From Phoronis australis (Eukaryota > Animalia > Phoronida): DNA of 64,000 nucleotides. The DNA lies in assembly GCA_002633005.1 (NCBI GenBank), contig NMRA01000380.1, forward strand, positions 270,645-334,644, read 5' to 3'. Position 1 is the first letter of the stretch. Every line of letters begins with the position of its first letter. Positions 37,901 to 51,000 of the stretch are shown in pieces. The notes under the pieces are model-generated. The model was not told the DNA's origin. It did not search any database and was given only the letters and a program-made list of their open reading frames with translations. The translations under genes were made by a program, and so were the position numbers.

Positions 37901-38910
37901 CGCTTGGATGTTTATACTAAACAAGTGATGAAATTAGGTTTTCAGTCTGCTTCAACTGAAGGAGTATAAGAAGGGCGGTGATATTTTCTTAACAAAAATC
38001 AAAATGAAGTAGGGATTGTGAGGTAAATAATAGAAACAATACATGGAGGACAAAAGCGGACCTCAGTATTCTGAATGACTTTTCGTTGACCTACCAGAGA
38101 TACTCGCCCCGCATTACAATCTGGACACACCACAGGCCCATAGGAATGTGCCAACTCAAAACGCAAGTTCATCGTCGTCAAACTCTGACCCACTCGTGCT
38201 CCAAATATTTCCTCCCCTGGCCTCCCGACCTATGGCAATTCTCCATATTGACGTAAAAGGTCATTTAAAATTAAAAGCAACACTTTTGAAATAATTTGGG
38301 TTGAGTCCCGAGTAATGAAAACACCATGTTGTGTTATCCCATGTTCGTTGAGACATGTAACGGGTCCCGGAAACACCGCAAAAATGCACTGCCGCGTGTT
38401 ATGAATGTAAATTTTAACACATTTTGTTGTATGCCTTTCCATGTTCTCATTTCAGATGGACATTACAGTATTAGTACCTTGAATTAAACCGTTTTAACGG
38501 TACTTTTTGTTCATCAGTCAAGGATTTCATATCCTGGTATCAGCGCGGTAGAGGTACAATCCGCACCTACCGCGAGTACCAGAAATGGGTGTCGGCGATT
38601 GCATGTTGTTTACAACGCCCTCTACTGAGCAACGTATGTGACATTTTTTACAGATAATGTAACGAGGAATCATGCGCGTCTACTTTTAGGTGTCTATGAT
38701 GGAAACTTTTTAAATAATGAAAAAGAAACACGAGAAAAAATAAGTTGCCAGGTGATAGTACATCTGAAATGCGATTTTTTCTGTTTGTTTTTTGGCCTAG
38801 TAACTAATAAACCCTAGTCTGGAGCATGTTTGAAATTAGTAAACGTCCGGGTCTTCCATTAAAACCTTTACGGTGCAAATAAATGTTAAGAACAAATTCT
38901 AAATATCTCA

Positions 38911-39250
38911 TAACCGATGACCATTTGAAATAAGTACGAAATATCGTCAACTTCCCGAAAGTAGTGTTCGATCGACCTCTTTGAACAGGGGACAGGTGGT
39001 ATTGTGCCAGAACATTCCGAAAGAGGGCTCTGCGAATAATTTTTATTTGGGAATCACGAAACGATTTCACCCTTGATCTCGATGTACGAACAATTTCCTG
39101 TAACCGATGACCATTTAAATAGATATAGTTAATACGAAATATCATTAACTTTCTGAAAGTAGTATTCGATCGATCTCTTTGAACAGGCGACCGGTATTAC
39201 TTGTACCAGAACCTTCCGAAAGAGGGCTCTGCAAAACATTCTTGGTTGGG
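38911..39250. repeat. Diverged tandem duplication, period 190 bp
   Basis: TAACCGATGACCATTT at 38911 and 39101, each followed by GAAAGTAGT.TTCGATCGA and TTCCGAAAGAGGGCTCTGC. Confidence 0.8.
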
Positions 39251-42200
39251 AATGCGATGCACAAACAACTCATTTACACGTCTTTTGTTGACAACACGGT
39301 AACTAAATGAAATGTTTTGTCCCACATGTTGACCTGACCTAAAAAAGTCAAGATACGGTTATTGCACAAAATAAGTTTAGGCCTAAAGATTTAGAGGCAC
39401 AGAGACATTTGACTGAGAGACTGAATCGAAGCATTGGTGAATAAGATTGCAAAGAGATGAAAAAAAACAAAAATGTTAGTTGAAATTGATATTTTTAATA
39501 TTTTCAATTTTTTTTTAGTGCAGTGACCATTTTTATCAACATGAACGTGGTTATTTGAGTGAATGAACCTGAAGTTTCCTCGTGTATTCCGAGTTAAGCA
39601 GGATTCCAAGTTCACGCACAACAGTCAGTGACAAGAGAACATAACAAGACGCGTGGTAACTACCGTATGTCACCAGAGTTCAAGTGAAAATCAAATCTTA
39701 TCCGCGTTCAGGGAAATTTTAAAAAATGGCAGACAGAAGACGTGTAACTGAAACGAGCATTCACATTCAAAAGCGTCCTACCAGTATTCAAAATTCTAGT
39801 TGACCAATATGGGCCAACACAGCGCCCTGACACCTCTTTGAAATGAAGATTTCTTGGGATAAGAAGTCAAATCTTCCGTCCGACTTGAGATCGGTCGACC
39901 AGACGGCAGATCACTATACAGGCGACTAGTGAAAAATGTAACAATGGTGATTTGTCAGACTCTGATCTGCCCTCTGATCGGAGTGGCGCGCAATGAATGT
40001 TTTATCACAGACTTTTCCGTGCATATCTTTGCATCCTCCCCTTTCGGTCAACGTCCGCACTCTGCGGGTTCCCAGATCGAACTCCTCTCTTTAGAGCTTT
40101 TCAAATCCGGGCATTATTTATGCCGGACCAAAACGCCAGACTGACATAAACATTTTCCAAGCAAAAATAGTGATTCGCCACGACATGATGCCATGTTTAT
40201 GCTGCTCGACCTGAATTAGCATCCCATATTAGCACTAAAAACATTGAAAACGCGATCTAAAGGAATAGTAGAAAACTGATACCCATCTCTGCGGACTATA
40301 GTCAGTACTGTTGCTACTACCACGGATATATCTTTGCTACTACATTGAGTGTACCTTCCTCGGGCTCTGCCTGTTGTTACAGAGGGACTGTTATCCTAAC
40401 AAGACGAAAACTAGGTCGCAGTATATAAGCATAATAAGTAGTCTGTCAAATTCAAACTTAAACCGGTTGGTGACCTGGCACAAAAACATAGCATATTACT
40501 GCATAGTTTAAATGGTCATTAAGGAGCGAAATCTTAGTCGTTTATTTTTGTAACCACCTGGCCTTTTAGGTTTAAATTTCGGAGTCACCTCAACTTGGAG
40601 GTATGTGAAAATTTCGTTTGAACAGCTAACGTCGGTGCCTGTCATTGGACCCTTCTGATATCAGACGGTTAATTAATGTTAAGCAGATGTTTCTGAATTC
40701 GTGAAACTTTAAAGATCTTACCATAGTTTATACTCCACGTCGTCATGTGAACTGTTGTAACACTGTGACACCATGTTCGGTCCAGACCGTTATCCTCAGG
40801 TGTTTGAACTAAAACCTTTTTTATCTTGCCAGTCTTGTCGAACTGCCGGCGCTTGATTGACTTATCCCCGTATCGATTACCAAACTTCAGGTAGGGAATG
40901 GAAACCGCAACCGACACTGCGCAAAAACGTCGTCTTCCGCCAAACTGCCGACTTGATTAGTATTTCCACGCAATTGCGTGCGAATAGGACCTTCAAGTTT
41001 ACACACGTTTTCTACGTATAATGAGACCATGTTTAACAGTATAGTAATCCGTCTGCCCGTAAAGACTTCTTTGTCCTGTGTGTCCGACTTTATGGGGAGA
41101 GGAAATAGCAAGTACGCCCCAGACAAAGGGTCGGGTTCAAAGTACCTGCAAGTGCACGTTCTTGGTACTCGGGATTGGCTCCAAATAAATTAGACAAACG
41201 GCATTGCACTTCCGCGAGCGACACCGATGGTAGATAGTTCCGGAGAGTTAGCAGTCACCAGGTGGCGATTAGGCAATAGATATGGTACTTGATCTCAAGA
41301 TCGCGGCGTGTGTGTGAACTTGGAATTATAAATACAGTAAGCAATCAGGTGAAATTTATTGTCCAGCATAAAGGACTTTTTAAAAAACTGGTCGCCGTGG
41401 ATGCAAAACTTGAATACGAAGAAAATGCAGCCAAAATCCCACCACCGCATTGTACTAGGCTTTAGTTGGACACTATCAAGTGCCGGGGACTCGTGACAAG
41501 ATCATAAACAAATTTTTGTTGAACTACTCGTACCCCCAATAAGGACTCCTTTGTCAAAATATTCAGTCACGAGAGCTGTTGCTTGCCGAAGGTGTTCGTG
41601 GGATAAGAGTACCACATTTGCCTTTGAATATTTGCAACCAACTGAATCACTTACTGTTTACAAGCCCCAGGGCTTACCGTTGATGTATGAGAAAGCTAGA
41701 AAAAGCTGTGCTGTTTCTGAATACACACCCTGGGGTTTACTGCCGTTACGAGGTCAGGCTTCTGCTGTCCCAGGGGCCGTGCACTCGACTATTTCTATGA
41801 GATCTGTCACTAGGAAATTAGTACATTCCACCCTTGAGGGAGTAGGAAAGATGAAACTGTGACGTCAGAGAAGTTGGATATCGCATCTTGTCATTAAACG
41901 CCAAAATTAAAACAAAATCAACATGCTTCAAAGCAAACACTATGTAATTTGAAATAAAAAAATCAAATTCAATTTCCGACAAGTTTCTTTTTTGGCAAAC
42001 TATGTCGAATCCTGCATAGACATTTTTAGATGTTTGTGGTCTAACCTTCAACATCTCTTCTACCATTTTATGGACGTTAATTTTTCGAACATCACGTCTT
42101 CGTGTATTAGTCTCGCCGGTTTGGACTTGAAGTGGTTACAAACCACCAACCTTCCATCACAAAAAAGCACTTTTGATTTCGGCCACTTCCGGTTATGACG

Positions 42201-42384
42201 TTGGTATCAATTTGGTCCTAAGTGGAAATGGAGATGATTTCAGGCCTCGAAAGAATTCGCAGTTTTTGATGGTTTGTCATGACGTGCCATTTAATGCGTC
42301 GCACGTGGTCTCAACGAGTAACGAAGAATCAGTTCTTTGCAAATCCAGAAATTGTTTATAATCTGTGTGATGTTGCAAATAGTT

Positions 42385-42481
42385 TATCCCGTTTAATCCG
42401 CCGTATTTTTGATCACATCACCTGAGTTATATTCATTAGGTCACGTGATGTGATAAAAAAGATGGCGGATTGAACAGGATA
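42385..42481. repeat. ~97-bp imperfect hairpin (small MITE or structured element)
   Basis: TATCCCGTTTAATCCGCCGTATTTTTGATCACATCACCTGA pairs with TCACGTGATGTGATAAAAAAGATGGCGGATTGAACAGGATA. Confidence 0.6.
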
Positions 42482-42734
42482 GTCAACGCGCAACATATTC
42501 CACGCCTCACTGAAAAAAGATATTTATACAAATCTGTGTGATGAACGCGGGTTTAGAGCATCTGATGTTACTTCATGGTCAAAAGGTGAACCACGATGTC
42601 AAAACTTTTGTCAACATCTAATTCTGTGTATTTACCAATTGCCCCGCTTTAGGCGGGACCGTCCCATTGTTGGTGGGACCATGTCTCTCTTTTTAAAGCT
42701 TTGTCCCGCCGACGCTTAAAGCCAGTAATATATG

Positions 42735-42975
42735 AATAATGGTAATGAAGCTAATATGACAGACCATGACTGTATTTGATACTATATCATATTGTTCTAC
42801 ATTATAGGTTGCTATTGAAATGATGAAGCTAATATGACAGACTGTCACTGTATTTGATACTATACCATATTGTACTACACTATAGATACTGTCACTTTAT
42901 TTCATAATATACTATATGGTACTACATTATAGATACTATCACTGTATTTGATACTATACCATATAGTATTATTAC
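42735..42975. repeat. Diverged AT-rich minisatellite (ACTGTATTTGATACTATACCATAT... units)
   Basis: The motif recurs near 42770, 42848, 42893 and 42941. Confidence 0.65.
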
Positions 42976-43373
42976 GTAGAGGTTTACGTTGGAAGTATAA
43001 CATTACTTACAATGTGATAAGAATGTTGTCAGAATGAAAAGTTCTTGAAATCCACTAGTTTCAAATCTACTGTTGAAGTTTGGATTTCACTAGTAGAAAA
43101 AAACAGATAGAATAAATGAAAAGGAAATTGAAAATCACAGTAACTATAAATGACATTAAAAAGTCAAGCTAAATATCGTTCTCGTTTCTACAAACTCACC
43201 TGAAGTACCTAAGGTGGCCCACTTTCCGTGCAAAATGAAATTACAAACAGTTCACAAGCCACCACGCCATGCATCCAGAAATCATCTTGCCTGTACCAGT
43301 TGGCTGATGGTAATACTGTATCTACCGTAATGATTTCGCTGCTAAGCAAGGGGATGGAAAAATTTCCACGATA

Positions 43374-43860
43374 TCGCCTCTGAAATCCAGCAGCGGTCCT
43401 CTAAACTTCAGTTTCGTAACAGAAGACACCGAACTCGTGGTACAAATTCCCAGTTTTACACCCCACGCACTAAAAATGTTTTCTATGACCAAACTCCGTT
43501 CCTAAAGACTAGATTCCAAGGTCGTACTAATAGTTCGCAGCTGCAATTTCATGGGCGGCTCACCATAGGGGGCTGGGGGGGTTATACCCCACTTTTTTTC
43601 AGTGGTGCGTTGCCTATGGTCTATGGTTGTTGAACCACATGGGGCTGGAGGGGGGCTATAACACCCCCACTTTTTTCAGTGCTGTGCCGCCGATGAATGT
43701 GTTCCCCGCCGGAACTGGAATTTGATCTTAGTGTATAGAATTTTTTCGGTCCCTGACTGGGTAGAGTTTAGGGACTCGAATTCGGGGATTTGTACCACAA
43801 GTTTGAAGGTTGCTGGTCCGGGATTACAGTTAAGGGGACAGTACCTGGATTTTAGGGGCA
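43374..43860. mobile_element. Foldback MITE carrying a nested G-rich hAT-like element at ~43550-43695
   Basis: Outer arms GCCTCTGAAATCCAG / CTGGATTTTAGGGGC and AACTCGTGGTACAAAT / ATTTGTACCACAAGTT; inner ends CATGGGCGGC / GCCGCCGATG. Confidence 0.55.
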
Positions 43861-44065
43861 CTTAAAGGGATACCGTACCCACCTCTTGATATAAATGATA
43901 CTAACTAATTAGTTGAACACTTTTCCTCGTGGAGAACCTAGAATGGATGACATGAATCCTGAATACTGCGTTATTAATAGCAAATGTTTTATTCACGTGT
44001 GTATAATATGCGATGCCTTAATTGTATCTGGTAGGGGGAGCATTCGAAATAAGTAATGTCAACCT

Positions 44066-44179
44066 GTGCCGAGCTCAGTAATGCTTGCAAGATCTCGCGA
44101 AATACCACCATGTATTTTTAATGAGAGCATGTGATTTTGACAAGTTTTCTTGCCGCGAGGCAGTTACTGAGTTCGACCT
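44066..44179. mobile_element. Diverged Harbinger-like MITE related to 18482/24123
   Basis: CGAGCTCAGTAA / TTACTGAGTTCG ends; internal GCAAGATCTCGCGA and TTTTAATGAGAGCATGTGA. Confidence 0.5.
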
Positions 44180-45356
44180 TTTATTTACATAAATTATAAG
44201 TTATGCAAAATTAAGATGTACTGACCTGCAGACCTATTTCATTAATTTCAGGGGAAGAAACAGAATTTTGACTAATGGTGATAATTAATTTGCACAATTT
44301 TTGCAAATTTATCATGCAACAGCCTGATTTCATTGACCATAGAAACATGGGAGGATTTACATGTGATGCTTTGTATCCCAAAACTCTAAGTACGTTGATT
44401 TTTAAGTATTGGTGATCTAAATTTGCAAATTCTCCACTTGTACATAGGCGGATTTAGGGGAAGCGCCCCCCCCCCCCTCTTTGCTGCCGCAAGCAAAGTG
44501 AAACAGCAACAGCATGAAGAAATAGAGTTCAGTAACTAGGACCGGTAGCGGATGAGGGGGGGTTAAGGGGCACAGAACCCAGAGGTATCGCGTTCCCGTT
44601 TCTTTTCTTTTTTTTTAGTCCACCGATAGATTTCCTGGACCAATGGTCCAACATCCCGACCCCCGCAACTTTCGGGCCCCTGTGCACGTCAAATAATACA
44701 ATCGTGCTTTGTCCAATTCCCGAGGCAACATGTTGGGCCACCCCGTTATGGTATACAGTCGTAAATTAGCTCCACTGCAATCACTGACTTTGGAAAATGA
44801 GTGGAAATATTGAATAATTTATCTGTGGTACTTCATGATAATGGTGGCCATAGTTTTGATTTTTGAAAAAAATGATCAAGGTTGTCAAGATGTCATCCCA
44901 ACTAAAATGCTTTAGGGAGGTTACCTCAACATGAAACAACCAACCAAAAACTCTAATACTACCAAGAATTTCTAGGTCCCCAATGGTGACCTTATGGGCG
45001 GCTACTGGACAAACCTTCCGCAATATCAGAATGTCTCGCTTTTTAGCGCACGCAACTAATTTCACGTTTTATAGTATATTTCTGTGCTTTTTCACACAAT
45101 TTGCCTATATTTTTCTCCTCCATTTTACAGGCGTGACTAAAAAAACCAAACCAAGTCGAAAAACACAGTCGGGATGTTTCTGTCGCGTTGCAGCGAACAT
45201 TTGCCCCTTGCGGTATGGCCTCGTTTTCATTTTCGATTGTTGCTGAATTACGGTTTGAGGCGTGGGCAAAACGGATTCTCTACATATCTGGATCTTCTAC
45301 GGAATAGAATCCGGCGTACAGGGCTTTCTCGAGCATAATCCTGGCGGTAATAAATC

Positions 45357-45608
45357 NNNNNNNNNNNNNNNNNNNNNNNNNNNNNNNNNNNNNNNNNNNN
45401 NNNNNNNNNNNNNNNNNNNNNNNNNNNNNNNNNNNNNNNNNNNNNNNNNNNNNNNNNNNNNNNNNNNNNNNNNNNNNNNNNNNNNNNNNNNNNNNNNNNN
45501 NNNNNNNNNNNNNNNNNNNNNNNNNNNNNNNNNNNNNNNNNNNNNNNNNNNNNNNNNNNNNNNNNNNNNNNNNNNNNNNNNNNNNNNNNNNNNNNNNNNN
45601 NNNNNNNN
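45357..45608. other. Assembly gap (N run)
   Basis: Read directly. Confidence 0.99.
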
Positions 45609-46959
45609 CAAAACATTTTTGTCACTTACCGTTTTATAAAAGTGATATCAGCTGATTGTTCCTTACTGGAAACTAAGAATACTTGAGTACTGGAGGCTAC
45701 TGATGCTCAGCTCAAAAAGTCCCCTGCCTGTCAAGCTAACGTATTGGGCGCGACCAAAGATTGTCAAGAACTGCTAATTCTCCCTACCATACTTGAGACC
45801 ACATTTACTCCAGTTTCCTGTTTCAGTTTTCTGTCGTCTTCATTAAACTTCTTATTTCAACTCTGTAAAGTAGGACGGTAAGGATATCCTAGCTAAGCGA
45901 GAACGTCCATAGTTTCATTTCAAAATAAAACATTGAGTAACAACTCTCGTACAGTTGTTTAGTTTCTATGAACTGATTTGCATCAAATTGCTCACAACTT
46001 AGTGGGCATTAACGACTTTTTAAAACCAAATTAGTGTGATACAATGCCCAAGGGTAGCCGCTTTTTGAACTGGGTCGCAGATTATGAACAAAAAAGAAGA
46101 AAAAATTAATTACTTAGTAACGTATAAAATAATAAAGAAAATGTAGATAGGCGCCTATGACGACATAATAGAAATACATTTAATACCCAAGAGTAATGAT
46201 AAGATAGCATGGTATGTCAGTAAATAATCATCTATGTATTACCGCCAAATTAGCTGAAAGAGGTTAAAACGTACTTTAATCTTCCAGTTGTCAATTGTCT
46301 TTCGGAAATAATAAATATCAAAATTACGGGTATGCTCGGCGTCTGATATCACGTGTCGTTAACCAATAGGTCAATGATCTCTATGTCTCAATTATTGAAT
46401 GTAAAACTTTCTTTTTGTTGAGGGGGGGGGTGGTGCGAGTTTGTACGTTAAGAGTGAGAATGGCTTGATTTTTTGTCTTACATGTCTTTGTATTTATGTT
46501 CTGTATACCAACAAAAAAACTTCTTTCTGTCTATGGCAAGAATGTACAGTTCTGGTTACCGATACGCTCCATTTGACCACCAACTGAAGATTCATGGGTA
46601 ATATTTCAAATACTTTCATAGTCCGAACCAATGAAAATCCTTGGAAAGCTCATCTATAAAAATCCCAGTGATGAATAGATTCGATGTAAAGTCAAACTCA
46701 AGTCGTGTGACATGCTCGAAAGGACCAACAAGAGTCCCACAAGTGGCATCATGAACCTATGGACATATAACCATGCTATTATTCACCGACTAACTTAGGA
46801 ATTCCCTGCAAGGGACAAATTTTCCCACCACTTAGTACGCCAAGGTATTGAAAGCTACATGTACAAAGTTTCCAAAGTAATGGGCATATGGTTGCAAACA
46901 ACGTGCATTGCCAGGTTTTAATTTTGCGAGAGGGAAACATTGCAATAAACATAAATTCA

Positions 46960-47309
46960 AGGGGTCCGTGCTGGATTACACGGGGACAGAACTCTCATTT
47001 GTCCCGGAGATAAGAAAGCGCGAGACTTCGTTTTGGAAATCAGGTACGATTTCGTGTCTCTCGTTGGATGTCGGGAAGGCGAAGAATTTCACATCACGCA
47101 TCCACAAGTATTTGTCAAGTTTATCAAACTTCGGAGTTGCAACGTACAGTACAGCAGCACTTTGTTGGAACTGGAGAGAAAAACTTCAATGAACCATATG
47201 AAACTCCGATGGCACGAAAACGAGGCAGCAAATATGCCTGACGGATGTTTTTGGCATTGTGGGTAAATACAGCGAGATTAGAGTGTCACTGTGTAATCCG
47301 GGACGGCTC
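46960..47309. mobile_element. MITE with imperfect TIRs (second copy at ~49318-49689)
   Basis: GGGTCCGTGCTGGATTACAC / GTGTAATCCGGGACGGCTC. Confidence 0.5.
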
Positions 47310-47668
47310 TATTGCACCCCGTATTCACTGTTCACAATCATCTTCGGCTCTTTAAGGTTATCTTAAACCTTATTCACAAAAACTGCCAATGTGTGAAATC
47401 TAAGCTACATGTATGTCGTTCGTAAAGCCCTAGCTTATCTTGTTCAAACTATTGAAAATGTATAACAGCTTGAGTAGGCGGCCTACCATGTTATAATGTT
47501 CGATTCTGTAATCAAACCACAAGCTTTTTGACCAAAAGTTTGTACCTCAGTCGGAATAAGAAAACCATCCACTATTCTCGACTCAGTGCTCCCGTGGCCT
47601 CCTCGGAGTTCTTGTACATCAGTTTAGGAAAGGTTCCCGTTCGACTATGCCGGCCATGTTATCCTTAA

Positions 47669-48052
47669 AGGCGAAGGCAACCTTTTTCCATGTCATTTTG
47701 AGCTAAAATAAGGTTGGTTGGTTATCCTAGACATGTTTTCCACTTAATTACAGCTTTTCGTAATTTTATTAATTACTCGTCCGCTACTGCGGAAGTGACG
47801 TTTTAGGAGGCAAGCATTTCGCGCCAATTTCTTTTCATATAGTCTGACTGTGAGAGCTGCCGAGTCAGTCATTGTTTTACCTCGGTTGTGTTAAGTTCCG
47901 TCGTCGTTTGCTTTCATTTACTAGTCAGTCAACATGCCACACTGTTGCTGCGTACCGGAATGTACTAATTATCGGCTCACGCGCGCTTTGGGAGTACCTT
48001 TGCATCGCTTTCCGATGGATGACACACTTCGCCGTACTTGGCTCGTTCGTGT
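47669..48052 (+). mobile_element. Left end of a Kolobok-type DNA transposon, truncated by the scaffold join
   Basis: TTAA (47665-47668) is followed by AGGCGAAGGCAACC, 11/14 identical to the TIR of the 57374 element. A THAP ORF lies 265 bp inside. Confidence 0.7.
47934..48052 (+). CDS. N-terminal half of a THAP zinc-finger domain (probable transposase start): MPHCCCVPECTNY...LHRFPMDDTLRRTWL
   Basis: THAP signature C-x4-C, HRFP and conserved W. The sequence is cut at N 48053, so the ORF-track continuation is unrelated DNA. Confidence 0.75.
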
Positions 48053-51000
48053 NTCAAGAACTGCTAATTCGGCTCCCTACCATACTTACTCCAGTTTCCT
48101 GTTTCAGTTTTCTGTCGTCTTCATTAAACTTCTTAATTTCAACTCTGTAAAGTAGGACGATAAGGATATCCAAGCTAAGCGAAAACGTCCATAGTTTCAT
48201 TTCAAAGTAACATTGAGTAACAACTCTCTTACAGTTGTTTAGTTTCTATGAACTGATTTGCATCACATTGCTCACAACTGGGCATAACGACTTTTTAAAA
48301 CCAAATTAGTTTGATATAACGCCCAAGGGTAGTCGCTTTTTGAACTGGGTCGCAGATTATGAACAAAAAAGAAGAAAAAAAATTAATTACTTAGTAACGT
48401 ATAAAATAATAAAGTAAATGTAGATAGGCGCCTATGACGATATAATAGAAATACATTTAATACCCAAGAGTAATGATAAGATAGCTTGGTATGTCAGTAA
48501 ATAATCATCTATGTATTACCGCCAAATTAGCTTAAAGAGGTTAAAACATACTTTAATCTTCCAGTTGTCAATTGTCTTTCGGAAATAATAAATATCAAAA
48601 TTACGGGTATGCTCGGCGTCTGATATCACGTGTCGTCAACCAATAGGTCAATGATCTCTAAGTCAAGTTCTGCTCTGGCCCTGGGGTCAGTGCTTATCTG
48701 CATTGACCCAGATGAAACGTCCAAGTATTGCTACAGTGGACTCAATTATTGAATGCAAACCTTTCTTTTTGTTGATGGGGGTGGGGCGTGTGTGTACGTT
48801 AAGAGTGAGAATGGCTTGATTTTTTGTCTTACATGTATTTATATTTATGTTTTGTATACCAACAAAAAACTCTTTCTGTCTATGGCAAGAATGTACGGTT
48901 CTAGTTTCCGATACGCACCATTTGACCACCAACTGAAGATTCATGGGGAAGATTTCAAATACTTTCATAGTCCGAACCAGTCAAAATCCTTGGAAAGCTC
49001 ATCTATAAAAATCCCAGTGATGAAGAGATTCGATGTAAAGTCAAACTCACGGCAAGTCGTGTGACATGCTCGAAAAGGCCAACAAGAGTCCCACCAGCGG
49101 CATCATGAACCTATGGACATATAACCATGCTATTATTCACCGACTAACTTAGGAATTCACTGCAAGTGACAAATTTTCCCACCACTTAGTACTACGCCAA
49201 GGTATTGAAAGCTACTCGTACAAAGTTTCCAAAGTAATGGGCATATGGTTGCAAACAACGTGCATTGCCAGGCTTTAATTTTGCGAGATGGAAACATTGC
49301 AATAAACATGAATTCAAGGGGTCCGTGCTAGATTACACGGGGATAGAACTCTCATTTGTCCCGGAGATAAGAAAGCGCGAGACTTCGTTTTGGAAATCAG
49401 GTGCGATTTCGTGTCTCTCGTTGATGTCGGGAAGGCGAAGAATTTCACATCACGCATCCACAAGTATTTGTCAAGTTTATCAAACTTCGGAGTTGCAACG
49501 CACAGTACAGCAGTACTTTGTTGGAACTCAGTGGAGAGAAAATTTGCAATGAACCAGACAACAACAAATAACATATGAAACTCCGATGGCACGAAAATTA
49601 CGAGGCAGCAAATATGCCTGACGGATGTTTATGGCATTGTGGGTAAATACAGGGAGATTAGAGCGCCAGTGTGTAATCCGGGACGGCTCAATTGCACCCC
49701 GTATTCACTGTTCACAATCATCTTCGGCTCTTTAAGGTTATGTCAAACCTTATTCACAAAAACTGCCAATGTGTGAAATCTAAGCTACATGTATGTCGTT
49801 CGTAAAGCCCTAGCTTATCTTGTTCAAACTGTTGAAAATGTATAACAGCTTGAGTAGGCCTACCGTACCATGTTATAATGTTCGATTCTGTAATCTAAGC
49901 TTTTTGACCAAAAGTTTGTACCTCAGTCGACGGAATAAGAAAACCATCCACTATTCTCGTCTCAGTGCTCCCGTGGCCTCCTCGGAGTTCTTGTACATCA
50001 GTTTAGGAAAGGTTCCCGTTCCAGTCGACTATGCCGGCCATGTTATCCTAAAGATGCATTGATACCATGTAAGCGTAAAACCCTTGTTATTTTATTATTT
50101 GTTTTTGATTCACATTTTGGTTCCTCAGAGTCTCTCACAACGCCAGACAAACTGCATTTCGTGTGCTCGTTGATTTATGCAATACATGAGCGTTTTTTTG
50201 CAAAAATCGAAACGGGTTGAAGTGTTTTCCGGACGTTAATTAGAAAGGGACAGATGGCTGATGTTTCCGCTATTTCAAAAATGAAACCTCTAAGACAGTT
50301 CTCTCTTGTAGACCGAAAAATGTTTAATTCAAACCGCTATAGAGGCTAGTGTTCTCTGGCTCAAACACAGCATTACTCCAACTAGTTACTGAGGCTTTTT
50401 AGACTTAAAGCAAAATTTACACTTTTTCTTACACGACGGTGATATGTCGCCGGAGCCAGGCGGCATTTACGGCTGAAGTAATTATAATATACAATCCCTG
50501 TAAACTTTGAAGCTCTTTTTTATTTGAAACGCGCATGCTTTCGAGGATGTTCTTTCTGGTAACATAATGGAATCCTATCAGGGTATTTGTGTACGAGACC
50601 GAGTTATGACAGTAAACAGTCGGTTTTCTTTTTAGCGAACTAGCAAACCGTCACCTCAGTGTCCCAGAGCCCGGCTAAGAAGCAGCTCAGGCAAGATTTG
50701 TTGTTCGGTCAGAGACTATCACCATGAATTACGTTATTACCCATTTATGCCCCTGTATCCATAAAGGAACAAAACAACCGTTCCACTGGCTTTTAGTTGC
50801 AGCAAAGTCGAGAATTCAAATATCGTTGTACATTGTCCGGCTGGGAGTAATGATATTGGTCCTAGGCATGGGTTCTGAGTCTCCAGTCGGGTTGAAGTTG
50901 TTCACGAGCTCCGTTGCAGTGCCATCTTTGGGGTACGAGGAACACTGAAAGTCACAAATCCTCTCTTAGTTTAGTAGTAGTGACATTGTGTCTGGACAAT

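Larger units (their letters stand above)
45764..50050. repeat. ~1.9-2.0 kb direct duplication (45764-47667 and 48054-50050), separated by a transposon end and one N; probable uncollapsed alleles
   Basis: Collinear, highly similar copies with SNPs and indels (~80-bp extra segment at ~48661-48741); N at 48053. Confidence 0.85.

Noticed and set aside
38911-39250. Possible tandem hammerhead ribozymes (CCGATGA...CGAAA)
   Set aside because: The core is CCGATGA rather than CTGATGA, and I could not build stems I-III. CTGATGAGATGAAA at ~55210 also lacks a stem II.
45248-45639. ORFs of 104-125 aa
   Set aside because: Mostly N gap.
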